A stretch of DNA of 64,000 nt. It comes from the human T2T-CHM13v2.0 reference genome, Homo sapiens. Within the stretch, counting starts at the first letter, position 1. Each line of letters begins with the position of its first letter. The notes under the pieces are model-generated. The model was not told where the DNA came from. It did not search any database and saw nothing but the letters and a program-made list of their open reading frames with translations. The position numbers and the translations under genes are program-made. Below, piece after piece: positions 1 to 18,030 of the stretch. The stretch lies in assembly GCF_009914755.1 (NCBI RefSeq), contig NC_060948.1; one strand, given 5' to 3'.

Positions 1-390
1 GTCAATATCAGACTGCTGTGCTAGCCATGAGCAAGGCTCTATGGGTGTGGGACTCATTGAGAGAGTCATGGAAGGGTATCTCCTGGTCTGCCGGTTGCTA
101 AGACTGTGGGAATAGCACAGTATTTGGACAGGAGTGTACCATTTCTCCAGATACAGTCTGTCACAGCTTCCCTTGGCTAGGAAAGGGAAATCCCCAACTC
201 CTTGTTCTTCCTGGATGAAGTGATGCCCTGCCCTGCTTTGGCTCTCCCTTGGTGGGCTGTACCCACTGTCCAACAAGTCTCAACAAGATGAACCAGGTAA
301 CTCAGTTGGAAATGCAGAAATCACCCATCTTCTGTGTCGATCTTGCTGGGAGCTGCAGAGCTGTGCCTATTCGGCAATCTTGGAAGTGAC
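1..390 (-). mobile_element. L1PA 5' UTR (5' end of an L1 that runs off the left edge)
   Basis: Reverse complement reads ...cttccaagattgccgaataggcacagctctgcagctcccagcaagatcgacacagaagatgggtgatttctgcatttccaactgag, matching the primate L1 5' terminus. Confidence 0.9.
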
Positions 391-914
391 CAACTTGTGA
401 CTTCTAATATCACTTTGTTCACTTACCTGTGGTTGTTTCAATTATTCTTCTATGGAATCTGTAATATTACAGTTTTTAATATTGATAAGGTTTTTCTGCT
501 GGAGGCTTTTCATACAATAAATTGAGTTTTTTGTTTGTTTGTTTTTTACTTTTTTTTCCAGATTTTGTTTGTTAGTTTTGTTTTGTTTTAACACCATGAT
601 TATCTTTCTTCTTTTTAGAGTCTTTTTGGAGTCTCAAGTTTGATAAAAAACTACCAATAATGATTTGTTAGAAACAAACTTTTGCAACTTTTCTGTGCCT
701 CCTCAGAGTGAATGCTGTAAGACCATGTATTATATCTTCTCCAGCATATAGAAAGGAGAGCTTTGGTCAGTTCAGGGTAAAACTTAAGCAGTAATGCTAA
801 CACATAATATGTTGTGATTTAATAAAGAGAGATAGAATAATAAATACCAGGCATGTGATTGAATGACCAAGTATCAAATATAGTATAACCTACAGCATTA
901 TGATTTGTGTCCTA

Positions 915-1306
915 TTTTTTTTTTTTTTAAGTTCAGGAGTACATGTACAGGACCTGCAGGTTTGTTACAGAGGCTAAACATTTGGCATGGGTGTTTGTTG
1001 TACAGATTATTTTATCATCCAACTATTAAACTTAGTATCCATTAGTTATTTTTCCTGATCCTCTCCCCTCTCTCAACCCCCACTCTTTAATAGACCAGTG
1101 TATGTTGTTCCCTGCTAAGTGTTTATGTGTTCTCATCATTTAGCTACCATTTAAGTGAGAAAATATGGCATTTGGTTTTCTGTTCCTGCATTAGTTGGAT
1201 AAGGATAATGGCCTCCATCCCCATCCATGTCCTTTCAAAAGACAAAATCTTTTTCTTTATTAAGGCTGCTTATTATTCCATGGTGGGTATGCACCACATT
1301 TTCTTT
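915..1306 (-). mobile_element. Older L1PA/L1PB 3' end, split by a younger L1 (resumes at ~5335-5382)
   Basis: Poly(T) followed by an older-type L1 3'UTR (tgttgtacagattattttatcatcc, cctgatcctctccc). The sequence continues in register after the second TSD copy (atccagtccatcactgatg). Confidence 0.85.
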
Positions 1307-5364
<4,058 letters not shown>

Positions 5365-5746
5365 TGATGAACAGTTGGGTTGTGTCTTATTATAATGACT
5401 CCTCATGGTTTCCAGCATAGGTTAGATGAAGAATGAAAAATCCTACTTGGTTCAACCAGCATTTATGAAAAACTTTCAACAAGCATCAGGTGCCTACCAA
5501 GTCTAATCCATTTTTTTCCCAGAACTTGATGACGTCTGAGATATTGTCCCGATTTTATACATGTTGGACTTCCAGAATGATTATTAGCTGGGTCCTCTGT
5601 TTATCACCACACATGCTGAGGGTTGCTTGGAAGTGAGAGAGGATTTGGCCCAAATTGTGGTCTTTCTCCAAAATATTTTGTTGTTGTTTTCTAATTTTGG
5701 ATATTTGCTGCAACCACACTTTGTCATTGAAATTGCTGCAGTTTCT

Positions 5747-6172
5747 CCAGCCCAGGTGCCCATCAGTCAACAAGTAGATAAAGAAACTAGTATACACACA
5801 ATGAAACACTACTCAGTCATAAAAAGGAATTAATTAATGGCATTCACAGCAATCTGGATGGGATTGGAGACTATCAATTGTAAGTGATGTAACTCAGGAA
5901 TGGAAAACCAAACATCGTATGTTCTCACTCATAAGTGGGGGCTAAGCTATGATGACACAAAAGAATAACAAAGACTTAATGGACTCAGGGGAGAAAGGGT
6001 GGGAAGGGGGTGAGGGATAAAAGGCTACAAGTTGGGTACAGCATATACTGCTTAGGCAATGGGTGCACAAATGTCTCACAAATCACCACTAAAGAACTTA
6101 CTTATGTATACAAATACCACCTGTTCCCCAAAAACCTATGAAAATGAAAAATTAAAAGAAAAGAAAAGAAAA
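5747..6172 (+). mobile_element. L1PB-type 3' end
   Basis: 3'UTR ending aaatcaccactaaagaactta...ccacctgttccccaaaaaccta, then an A-rich tail. Confidence 0.8.
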
Positions 6173-7039
6173 GCTTGAGATTTCAAACTGTCACATGCTG
6201 GTCGATTTCATTCTTAACTCATTGTCCCATTTTTCTAATGCTGACTTGCTATGGATATATGTTTGTATGTTTTTAAGTATTTGTAAGTACAGAAAAATGA
6301 AAGAACAATAATGAAATCCCAGTAGCCACCATCTAGAATTAAAAAATGCAAATATTACCTTTCCATTTAGATATTTATATTTAAAAAATGATTACAGGAT
6401 TATCCCTTTAGACTTATGCTAAATCTGTCTCCCTCCTTCACCAGAAAATCATTTTCATGAATCAGCCTTGTAACATTCCAGTGCAAATGAGAACACTTTC
6501 AAAATACTAATACATGGAACCATCAATCATAGGATTTCTCTTTGTTTTTTACATTCAAATGAATCATTATTCTGCTTACAAACATTTTCACACAACATTA
6601 AATCATATACAATAGCTCTTGTTCATTCACTTCAACTGCTGAGAAAATTTTTATCCATTCTTTGTTACATGTATAACTATAAATTTGTCCATTTCTTTTT
6701 TTATATATAACATGTTGCTTTTTTTCTGTTTTCTCTTCCTCCTATTTTGTTTTTTTATTGGTGCCATCTCTTAGATTGATAATGTTCATCAGCCTTTTTT
6801 TCCCTTATATTGGTCTGGAATTTCACTTTCATTTTTAAACACTCCATCTTTAATAATGGTTAATTCTAAAATGTTAACATATTTGTATATGTATATGATT
6901 AACCAGTATCTCTAATTTTCTTCTAGATAACAAGTCATAAAACACTATAAACATCACCTTCATCTTCTTTCATGCAGTATTTTTCAATATATTAAATCTG
7001 CCTTTTTACATACTCCACAAAATTAAACATTTTATTTAC

Positions 7040-7625
7040 TAGTATGGCTACAAAAAGAAAGAAAGAAAGAAAGACCTAGTATTTGATACCATAACAGGGG
7101 GACTGCAGTCAATAATAATTAATTGTACATTTTAAAATAACTAAAACAGGCCAGGCATTGCAGGCATTGTGGTTCATGCTTGTAACCCTGCTATTTTGGG
7201 AGGCTGAGGTTGGCAGATCAGCAGAGGTCAAGAGTTCAAGACTAGCCTGGCCAACACAGAGAAAACCCATCTCTACTAAAAATACACAAATTAGCCTGGC
7301 ATGGTGGCAGGTACCTATAATCCCACTTACTTTGGAGGCTGAGGCAGAAGAAATGCTTGAACCAGGGAGACAGAAGTTGCAGTGAGCCAAGATTGCACCA
7401 CTGTACTCCAGCTTGGGTGACAGAGCGAGACTCCATCTCCAAATAAAATAAATAAATGAACAAATAATTGAATTGATTGGCACACAAAAGATAAATATCC
7501 AAGGATTGGATAGACAATTTTGCATGCTGTGACTATTACACATTGCGTGCCTGTACCAAAATATCTCTTGTAACACCATAAAATATATGTCCCTACTATG
7601 TACCTACAAAAATTAAAAAATAAAT
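7040..7625 (+). mobile_element. L1MA 3' end interrupted by an Alu
   Basis: gacctagtatttgatacc...gtcaataataattaattgtacattttaaaataactaaa before the Alu; taattgaattgattgg...tgtacctacaaaaattaaaaaa after it. Confidence 0.8.
7149..7460 (+). mobile_element. Alu (AluS-like)
   Basis: Dimeric Alu with A-rich linker and (TAAA)n tail. A short caggcattg duplication sits at the 5' end. Confidence 0.92.
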
Positions 7626-8579
7626 TTTTTAAAGTACATTTACTACCATAGTTACTAGTTTCTGGCTTAGTATTGCTTCTTACATCACAACTTACTTTAT
7701 TTATGCATCCAATTGTCATGATTTTGAAGCATATTTTCTGGAAATTGTTTTTATTAGGGTCATATTGGCAGCACATGATCTGTATGCCTGGGTGTCTAAA
7801 AATATTTTCTTGGGTCCTGAATCTTGAATGATATTTAAATGTTTAGATATTTAAAGGTTTAGAATTCTTTGTTAATATTTATTTCTATGCAACTTTTTAA
7901 AGATACCTATATATTCTGTAGTCTTGCATTTACTGGAGTTGTGTATATTTTTATTTCTTTATATATAATTTGCCTTTCTACATCAAAGCTTTAGCTCCCT
8001 GTTACAATTTAGAGTGTTATTTTATCTTCTAAGCTGACCCTTGGAATTACTCTTCCTTGCTTTTGAGGTCAGTGATGGCTTTAACGTTCCCTGCCCCCCC
8101 TCAGTATTCCGTAGTTTTTGCAGTTGCACAGGGATTCCTGCATCAGACAGGATGTGATACAACACTAGCTTAATTGAGGCCCTGATTTGTGTTTTCTTTT
8201 TGTTTAGACTTCATGAACCTTAATTTGTACCTACCTATGCTGTCTGGCTTTTCTTTAGCAGCGACTGTGTTTAAAAAAAAAAAAAAGAAAAGAAAGAAGA
8301 TTTATAAAGCCAAGGCAATCTAGGTCACTGCTCTCCAGGAATGCTCTTGAGGAATGTTTAGTATACTCAGATACACTAATAATTACATATGTGTTTTTGA
8401 CACAGTGCAATCATTTCTACCGCAGTGCATAGACAGTGCATTAAGACAGAGAAACATCTGCCTACCAAATACCTGGGGAAGAAAATATGTTTACTTTTGA
8501 AAGACAGTTGAACTCAGTTACTCAGGGTGTTGTTACTGGAGGAAGTGAGGCCAGTTCGACCTCTGGACAGGTTACTTTT

Positions 8580-8720
8580 TTGCAAAAGTTCCTTTGGCTT
8601 TCTGAGTCTCAGTTTTCTTGCATTGTTACACAGATGGCAACTGTGTGCCCCAAGTGAGCTCCTCCCCATGTTAAAGTAGATAATGCCCTGGAGACATTAC
8701 CTAACACATAGGAAGGGCTT
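8580..8720 (+). mobile_element. MIR fragment
   Basis: Core-like tctgagtctcagttttcttgcattgt...agataatg...cctaacacatagga. Confidence 0.55.
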
Positions 8721-9611
8721 GCTACAACTTAGCAATTGTGATGTTTCAAGGGAGTGATATTTGGGCTCAGTGGTGCAATATGGACAGCAGTGAGCAAGTG
8801 GAGGAAATGGGAACATGTTGATCCATGGAGATGGACAAGCAGATAGAAATGCACAACAATGTTGGGCATGGTAGGCAGAGATGTGATATCTATATCTTCT
8901 ATTTGCTTCAGCAATATTTGCTATATTTGCACATTCACATCTTATTTCCTAAAGCCCAGGGCAGTCAAGGCTGTGAACTGCAAATAATAGCATTATTCTA
9001 CTGCAAATAATAGCATTATAATATTAATGTTAATATGCATGTTCAGATTTATTTGCAATTGGCATGGCAATTGTTACATGTCCTGAAAAATAATAAGGGA
9101 GTGACATTTGTATTGGAGAGGTTAGATTATATTCAAGGGAAAAAACTTAAGACAAAACAATTCAAATGTTCACTCTTGTGTGTACACACACATACACACA
9201 CACACCCCTTTACAGAGATGGTCCAAGGTAAGGAGCATAGTTTCTCATAGAAGGGAAATAAAAATACACTCTTATATCTTCATGATAGTTATTTTTCCAG
9301 ATGTGTCCTGGCTGGAACCAATCTCTGTAGGATTAATAGTTTCCTTGAGCACAATAAAAATTGTAATTTCTTAAAACTTTCCTCATATTATTTATTTTTT
9401 AATGTGACAAATAAAAATTATATAACTATTTAGGGTGTGCTATGTGATCTAAAGAATTTTAAAGGATCTAGCTGGTGCTTTAATTCTTTAAGAAACTGAA
9501 AATCATGTACATCTCAAAATATGATTTTTATACTAAGGGATGAAGAGGAGTTGGCATATGAAATGTGCGTTTAGGGATTCTTCCATAATGTTGTGTTTTA
9601 AAGGTGGTACT

Positions 9612-9972
<361 letters not shown>

Positions 9973-10059
9973 AAAGGTGGTGCTGTTTGCTGGGGCACTT
10001 CAAACCGAGGCTTATTCTTATAATTAAATGTCTAGGATGGTGCTTTTTAAGACCTCTTT

Positions 10060-10310
10060 GAAATATGTATTCATTTCAAGCTAATTAACATGCACTACAT
10101 TATATACTTTTCATTTATTTAATGTTAGAACACTTAAATCTATTATTGTAGCCATTTTCAAGAGTACAATACGTTGTTATTAGATATAACATTGTATCAG
10201 GTAGTGTTAGACCCTTAACATAGTGTGATGCCACTATGTTGTACAATAGATTTCTTTGAGTTATTCTTCCTGTTTAACTAAAAGTTTGTATTTTTGACCA
10301 ATGTCTCTCC
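10060..10310 (-). mobile_element. Old L1M 3' fragment
   Basis: ttcaagctaattaaca...ttttcaagagtacaatacgttgttatta...atgttgtacaatagat, typical of the L1MA 3'UTR in reverse. Confidence 0.65.
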
Positions 10311-10334
10311 AGGCCACCAACCACAATGTGCCAC

Positions 10335-13300
10335 AAACTCTGAGACACATTTAAAGTGGTGTTTAGAGAAAAACTGATAGCACTAAATGCCCAAAAGAGA
10401 AAGCAGGAAAGATCTAAAATTGACACCCTAACATCAAAATTAAAAGAACTAGTTTAGTGAGAGCAAACGAATACAAAACCTAGCAGAAGACATAAAATAA
10501 CTATGATCAGAGCAGAACTGAAGAAGACAGAGACACAAAAACCTTTCAAAAATCAATAAATCCGTAAGCTGGTTTTTTGAAAAGATCAACAATATAGATA
10601 GACCACTAGCCAGACTAACAAAGAAGAAAAGAGAGAAAAATCACATAGATGCAATAAAAAATGACATAGGGAATATCATTGCTGATCATCAGATAATACT
10701 CTGAACACCTCTATGCAAATACACTAGAAAATCTAAAAGAAATGGATAAATTCCTGGACACATACACCCTCCCAAGTTTAAGCCAGGAAGAAGTTAAATC
10801 CATGAATAGTCTATTAACAATTCTGAAATTGAGGCAGTAACTGATAGCCTACCAAGAAAGAAAATTCAGGACCAGACAGATTCATAGCCAAATTTTATCA
10901 GACATAACAAGAGGCACTCATACCCTTCCTTCTGATATTATTACAAAAAATGCAAAAGGAGGAAATCCTTCATAAATCATGTTATGAGGCCAGCATCATC
11001 CTGATAATAAAACCTGGCAGAGACACACCAAAAAAAGAAAATTTCAGGCCAGTATCCCTGATGAACATTGATGTGAAAATCCTCAATAAAATACTGGCAA
11101 ACTCAATCCAGCAGCACATCATAAAGCTTATCCACCACGATCATGTCAGCTTTATCCCTGAAATGCAAAGATGGTTCAACATATGCAAATCAATAAACCT
11201 AATGCACCAAATAAACAGAACCAGTGACAAAAACCACATGATTATGTCAATAGATGCAGAAAAGGCATTCATCAAAATTCAACACCGCTTTATGATAAAA
11301 ACTCTCAATAAAGTAGAAATGTACAGAATATATCTCAAAACAATAAGAGCTACTTATGCCAAACCCACTGCCAATATACTGATGGGCAAAAACTGGAAGA
11401 ATTCCCTTTGAAAACTGGTACAAGACAAGGATGCACTCTCTCTCCACTCTTATTCAACCTAGTATTTGAAGCTTCTGGCCAGGGTAATCAGGGAAGAAAA
11501 AGAAATAAGGGACATTCAAATCACAAGCGAGGAAGTCAAATTGTCTCTGTTTGCAGATGACATGATTGTACACTTAGAAAACCCATCATCTCAGCATAAA
11601 ATCTCCTTAAGCTGGTAAGCAACTTCAGCTAAGCCTCAGGATTCAAAATCAATGTGCAAAAATCACAAGCTTTCCTACACACAATAAGAGAGAACAGAAA
11701 GACAAATCATGAGTAAACTCCCATTCACAATTGCTACTAAGAGAATAAAATACCTCGGAATACAACTAACAAGGGATGTGAAGAACCTATTCAAGGAGAA
11801 CTTCAAACCACAGCTGAAGGAAATAAGAGAGATAAAAAGAGATGAAAAATAAAAAGCTTCCATGCTCATGGATAGAAGAATCAATATTGGAAAAATGGCC
11901 ATACTGCCCAAAGTAATTTATAGATTCAATGCTATCATCATCAAGCTATCATTAATTTTCTTCACATAATTGGAAAAAGAAAGCTACTTTGAAGTTCAAA
12001 TGAAACCAAAAAAGAGCCTGCATAGACAAGACAATCTTAAGCAAAAAGAATGAATCTGGAGGCATCACGCTACCTGACTTCAAACTACATTACAAGGCCA
12101 CAGTAAGCAAAACAGCATGGTACTTGTACCGAAACAGATATATAGACCAATAGAACAGAACAGTGGCCTCAGAAATAATACCACACATCTACTACCATGT
12201 GACATCTACTACCATGTGATATTTGACAATCTTGAAACAAGCAGGCAATGGGGAAAAGATTTTCCCTTTAATAAATGGTATTGGGAAAACTGGCTAGCCA
12301 TATGCAGATAACAGAAACTGGACCCCATCCTTTCACCTTATGCAAAAGTCAACTGAAGGCGGATTAACGACTTACACGTAAGAATTAAAACCATAAAATT
12401 CCTAGAAGCAAACGCAGGCAATACCATTCAGGACATAAGCATGTGCAAAACCAAAACACCAAAAGCAATGGTATAAAAGCCAAAATTGACAAATGGGATC
12501 TAATTAAACTAAAGAGCTTCAGCACAGCAAAATAAATTATCCTCAGTGTGAACAGACAACCTACAGAATGGGTGAAAAATCTTGCAATCTATCTATCTGA
12601 AACAAGACTAACATCCTGAATCTACAGGGAACTTAAACAAGTTTACAAGAAGAAACCAAACAACCTCATCAAACAGTGGGCAAAGGATATGAACAGACAC
12701 TTCTCAAAAGAAGACTTTGATGCAGCCAACAAACATATGAAAAAATGCTTATCATCACTCATTATTTGAGAAATACAAATCAAAACCACAGTGAGATACC
12801 ATCTCACTCCAGTTAGAATGGCGATCATTAAAAAGTCAGAAAACAGCAGATGCTGGAGAGGATGTGGAGAAATACGAAGGCTTTTACAGTGTTGGTGGGC
12901 GTGTTAATTATTTAACCCTTGTGGAAGACAGTGTGGTGATTCTTCAAGGATCTAGAACTAGAATTACCATTTGACCCAGCAATCTGATTACTGGGCATAT
13001 AACCGAAGGACTATAAATCATTCTACTATAAAGACACATGCATATGTATGTTTATCACAGCACTATTCACAGTAGTGAAGACTTAGAACCAACCCAAATG
13101 TGCATCAATGATAGACTGGATAAAGAAAAGCTGGCACATATACACCATGGAACAGTATGCAGCCACAAAAATGGATGAGTTCATGTCTTTTGCAGCGACA
13201 TGAATGAAGCTGGAAACCATCATTCTCAGCAAACTATCAGAAAAACAGAAAACCAAACACCACAGGTTCTCATTTTTACATGAGAGTTGAACAATGGGAA

Positions 13301-13402
13301 CCCATGGACACAGAGAGGAAAACATAACATGGTGGTGGGTGGTGGGATAGTGTAGAGATAACATTAGGAAAAATATCTAATGTAGATGATGGGTTGATGG
13401 GC
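10335..13402 (+). mobile_element. 5'-truncated L1PA (ORF2 remnant plus most of the 3'UTR, no poly(A))
   Basis: ORF2 peptides ([24 protein letters not shown] codons at ~11551). The 3'UTR stops abruptly at tgtagatgatgggttgatggg. Confidence 0.9.
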
Positions 13403-13479
13403 GCTTTTCTCTAATGACCAGTGATGATGAGCATTTTTTCATATGTCTGTTGGCTGCATAAATGTCTTCTTTTGAGAAG

Positions 13480-14290
13480 TGTGAACAGACGCTTTTCAAA
13501 AGACATACAGGCAGCCAAAAAACTTATTTTAAAAAGCTCAATATTATTGATTATTAAAGAAACACGAATCAAAAGAGCAATGAGATATCATCTCCTATCT
13601 GTCAGAATGGTTATTATCATAAAGTAAAATAATAATATATGCAGGTGAGGTTATAGAGACCAAGGAATAATTATGCACTGTTGGTAGGAATGTAAATTAG
13701 TTCAACTGTTGTGCAAAGCAGTAGGGCAATTCCTCAAAGACTGGAAAGCAGAACTACTGTTCAACCCAGCCATCCCATTACTGGATACATACCCAGAGGA
13801 ATATAAATCACTCTACCACACAGACACACGAATGCAAATGTTCACTGCGGACTATTCACAACAGAAGACATGGAATTAACCTAACTACCCATTAATGACA
13901 GATTGAATTAAAGAAAATGTGGTACATGCCCACAGGGAATACTATGCAGAGATTAAAAAAAATACAATTATGCCTTTTGAGGGAACATGGATGGAGCTGG
14001 AGGATATTATCTTTAGCAAACTAATGTAGGAAAAGTAAACCAAATACCACATGTTTTCACTAGAAGTGGGAGCTAACTGATGACAACTCATGAACACAAA
14101 GAAGGGAACCATAGACATGAGACCTACTTGAGGGTGGAAGGTGGGAAAAGAGAGAGCAGCAGGAAAAATAGCTATTAATTACTAGACTTAATACCTGGGT
14201 GATGAAATAATCTGTACAACAATGCCCCATGACACGAGTTTACCTACATAACAAAGTTTCACATGTACCCCTGAACCTAAAATAAATAAT
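13480..14290 (+). mobile_element. Older L1PA/L1PB 3' segment
   Basis: ORF2 C-terminus and 3'UTR ending cacatgtacccctgaacctaaaataaa. Preceded by a ~77-bp inverted L1 piece (13404-13480). Confidence 0.85.
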
Positions 14291-14417
14291 AATTTACGAA
14301 ACAGGATAATAGGCAACATTTCCGTTTGAATTTCCAAAATGATGGCACTGAACAATCTGAACTCTGCTTTTATTTGGTGCCGCAGTTCAGCCAGAAGGGG
14401 GCGCACGGCTGCCTCAC

Positions 14418-14596
14418 CTTGACCATGGGGGTCTTGCAGTTCTTCTGGCTGCCAGCAGGGGGAGCATGAGTCCGCCTTTTCTGACCCTGGGAGCACCATC
14501 GGGTTCAGCTCGTGTTGCCCGAGGGCTACAGCTGCCTTCTCCTCAGTACAGACCAGAGCAACACCGCCTTGCTGAGGGACAGCTGGAGGCTGACTG
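14418..14596 (-). other. Orphan GC-rich exon-like segment
   Basis: Minus-strand acceptor tccctgatttcag|cag and donor aag|gtgagg. GC-rich island in AT-rich DNA, with one frame open (QPPAVPQQGG...QDPHGQ). Parent not recognised. Confidence 0.4.
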
Positions 14597-14729
14597 CTGA
14601 AATCAGGGACCAGTGGAAGGGCTTCGTGTGGAAAATTAAACAATAAAAATCAAATGGCTTTAATGCAACCCAACGTCCTTCCCCACACCCAAGGTGTGGC
14701 CACAATGCCAGGTCCATACAGTGGCCTCC

Positions 14730-15612
14730 TGACACAAATGTATCATCTGTCATATAACATCTGTAATAGAAATATAACATCTGTAAATAATTATATCACC
14801 CATAATACAGATGTGACATTTGTAATACTAATGTAACACCTGAAATACTGATCTAACACCCGTGATAACACTGTAACATTCATAACAGCAATAAAACACT
14901 CATAATACCAGTATAGCATCCGAAATACAAATATGACATCCCTAATACTGATCTAAGAGCCATAATACAATTGTAACTCTCATAACACCAATATGCAATC
15001 CACAATACAAATGAAACATCCATAACACTTATATAACCCTTGTAATGCTTTCCTGACACCTGTAATACAACTGTAACACTAATAATACCAATACACCATT
15101 CAGAATTCCAATATATCATCCTGCGGTACAAATATAACAACTGAAATACTGAAGTGACACCTATAATATTAACAACACCCATAATGACACTGTGACATTC
15201 ATAACAGCAATAAAACACTCATAATACCAGTATAGCATCCGAAATACAAATATAACATCTGTAATACTGATCTAAGACCCATAATACAATTGTAACTCTC
15301 ATAACACCAATATGCAATCCACAGTACAAATGAAACATCCATAATGCTTATATAACGCTTGTAATGCTGTCCTGACACCTGTAATACAACTGTAACACTA
15401 ATAATACCAATACACCATTCAGAATTCCAATATATCATACTGAGGTACAAATATACCTGAAACACTGAAGTGACACCTGTAATATTAACACCCATAATAA
15501 TAATACAACATTTGTAATACAAATAGAACAACCAGAATACTGATGTAACACCCACAGTTACTGATATAACACTCATCATAAAGATGTAACACCAGTAATA
15601 CTGACATAACAT
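14730..15612. repeat. Degenerate 20-bp minisatellite with a 319-bp higher-order duplication
   Basis: Units such as cacccataatacagatgtga, cacctgaaatactgatctaa, cactcataataccagtatag. The block starting cataacagcaataaaacact at 14881 recurs at 15200. Confidence 0.9.
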
Positions 15613-17139
15613 TCCTACTCTTATGGGGGCACTTGGTTTCACGGCTTCCACTAAGCTGGATTTGGGGAGGATTTGGCCTCTATAATGAAGTTTAATGTTG
15701 TTGTCTCTGCAGTAGTGACAAGGTATGGACATGGTTGTTTTTATTAAAAGTAGTTTACTTCTCAATAATTTTATACTTCTAGGAAACTTCCAATAGCTGT
15801 TAGTATAATCTTTTCTCTCAGAATCTCCAGTGGTTTCTGCTGTGCCAGATTTGAACCTTTATGCAAAATATCCCAGGGGTTTTATGAAAAGTGAGGACAC
15901 TCTCCAAGGATACCATCACATAACTATTAAATCAGGAAATACAGGGTTAGTAATGGTAATGGTAATGACAAAATATTCATTTACAATTACAAATTTCATC
16001 CTGTCACCCTCCTGATTTAATTTTGCCCATGGTTTCCCACTGACCTTAGAAGAAGAACCATAGAATGCACCATGGCTGCAGACCCCAAGTTCTCCTAACT
16101 GTTTCTCTTACCCATTCAGCCTGCTCAACTGCCTGGAGTCTCGTCTGCTTTCAACTGTGGGAACACAGGATTTTGGGTGTCTCAGGAATTTTATGTGCAA
16201 TCTCTCAATCTATTCACCCAGTGCCCACCATTATCTAATTGTCCAAGGCTTTGTCCAGCTAAGACTTTAAAGTCAGAGGTTCTGATATCTAACTGTAGAA
16301 AAGCTAATAATGCACTGTTTCTAAAGATAAGAAGAAGTTCATTATTTGTTAATGGATGAGATCACTCTCAACTTATAAATCAAGGAAATAATAGTTAATG
16401 AAATGAAAGTCCATGTTTGGGATAATTAGTAAAGAAAAAATCTTAGTGCTGAAGACAAATAACACAAGTAAATATTGAAATTACATTAGAATTTATTGGA
16501 CAGACTATTACCGTGTTATCTTCCTTAACTGTGTGTTATTAGCTCCAAGTTATGTTAGGTTTAAATACTTACATTTTATGTAGTCTGTCAGTACATTTAA
16601 CAGAAAAAAAAGTCCTAGCACACATCATGACAATTTATATAAATATTTGTAAACCTCCTTAACTGTACAGTGTGAAGTAAATAAAGTAAGCTTAGTTATT
16701 TACATAGATGAATTATTAATATTTAAATATTGAAATACTGTGAGGGTATGTAATTATGTCACAGTTTTGGTATGGAAATGGGGCATTTGTGTATCCATGT
16801 ACCCCGTTAACTTAATAACTTCCCTTCTTACTTCCTGCTGCATGATAAATTTTGGGCCCATGAAGGCTGAGGGACAAACTGTCACCTTTATTGGAAACTT
16901 TAGTCCAGCATGAAAGTTTTAATTTCAAAACATTATTTCCTGCCAGATATTTTATTTTCTCTTCTAAGGAAAAAATGCTCCCCAGCAGTATTGTTACCTT
17001 AGCTGTTCTTCAGGTGGACCTGGACAGGACTAATTTTACCACAAAGAACCTCATGACTATGAGAAAAGCGAAAGTATGAAACACTTCATGGAATAAAACT
17101 TATATATTTTACTGTTCATATTTTTATGTGCTTGATATA

Positions 17140-18030
17140 CATGTCTTTCTGGTGAATTGTATTTCTCCATTTTGTAACTGGATTTTTTTTATTGTTGTTG
17201 TTGCTGAGTTATGCAAGTTCTTCATATATTGTGGATAACAGACTGTTTTTACATACGTAACATGGAAACCTTCCTTTCTGTAACACGTCTTTTCATTTTC
17301 TTGATAGTGACTTTTGATGCACAAAAATGTTTAATTTTGAGAAAATGTTTTCTTTAGTTTTCTGCACTTTTGATATCAGATCTAAGAAACCACTGCTAAA
17401 TCCAAGGTTATGAAGATTTATTCTTATGTTTTCTTCTAGAGTTTATGTTTTTCCCTCTACTATGTAGGCTTTGAACCATTATGAGTTAATTTTCTGTTGT
17501 GAGAAAAGAGTACAGTTTCTTTGTCTGAGTGTGGTAGTCAGTTGAATAACAGCATTTGTTGTATTTACTGATCTTGCCTACATGTCAAAAATCCATTGAC
17601 CATAGAGGTATTGTTGGATTTAACATTCAGTTCCATTGAACTCTGAGTATGTCCTTATGCCAGTATTATGCTGTTATGATGACTGCTGCTTAGCCGTAAT
17701 ATTTGAAATTGAGAAATACGAGCCTCCAAGTTGCTTTCTGTTCTTAAGAATATTTTGGCTATTCAGGATTCCTTGAAGTTTATGTGAGTGTTAGAACTGG
17801 CTTGCTCATTTCTACCAAAAGGACTTTGGTATTTTCATAGGAATTATAATGAATTTGTAGATTGCTTTGTGCAGTATTGTCACATAAAAATCATCTTCTA
17901 GTCCAGAAACATTGAGTGTCTTTATATTTATTTAATGTTTCTGGAATTTATTTCAGCAGTATTTCATAATTTTTCATGTCTAATTCTTGCACCTTGGTTA
18001 AATATAGTCTTGAACACATTATAGTCATCG
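17140..18030 (-). mobile_element. Old L1M ORF2 3' region (continues ~19920-20900 beyond the ELOC retrocopy)
   Basis: Reverse L1 motifs (ccaaggttatgaagatttattcttatgttttcttctaga; gaatttgtagattgctttg). Resumes at aattgttgtcttaatttcatttt...ttgctagtgaatagaaatagatttt. Confidence 0.8.

Noticed and set aside
7109-7776. Long ORFs overlapping Alu/L1MA (and similar Alu ORFs elsewhere)
   Set aside because: Typical antisense Alu translations.
14730-15765. CRISPR-like array, or the two similar Tyr/Cys/Val-rich ORFs (14880-15218, 15199-15765)
   Set aside because: Contiguous degenerate monomers with no repeat-spacer pattern, in eukaryotic DNA with no cas genes. The ORFs are by-products of the tandem duplication.
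15765-15925. Faint peptide resemblance to PRY (ILYF*ET..., LQGYH)
   Set aside because: Only two short matches recalled from memory, in different frames. Not distinguishable from chance without BLAST.
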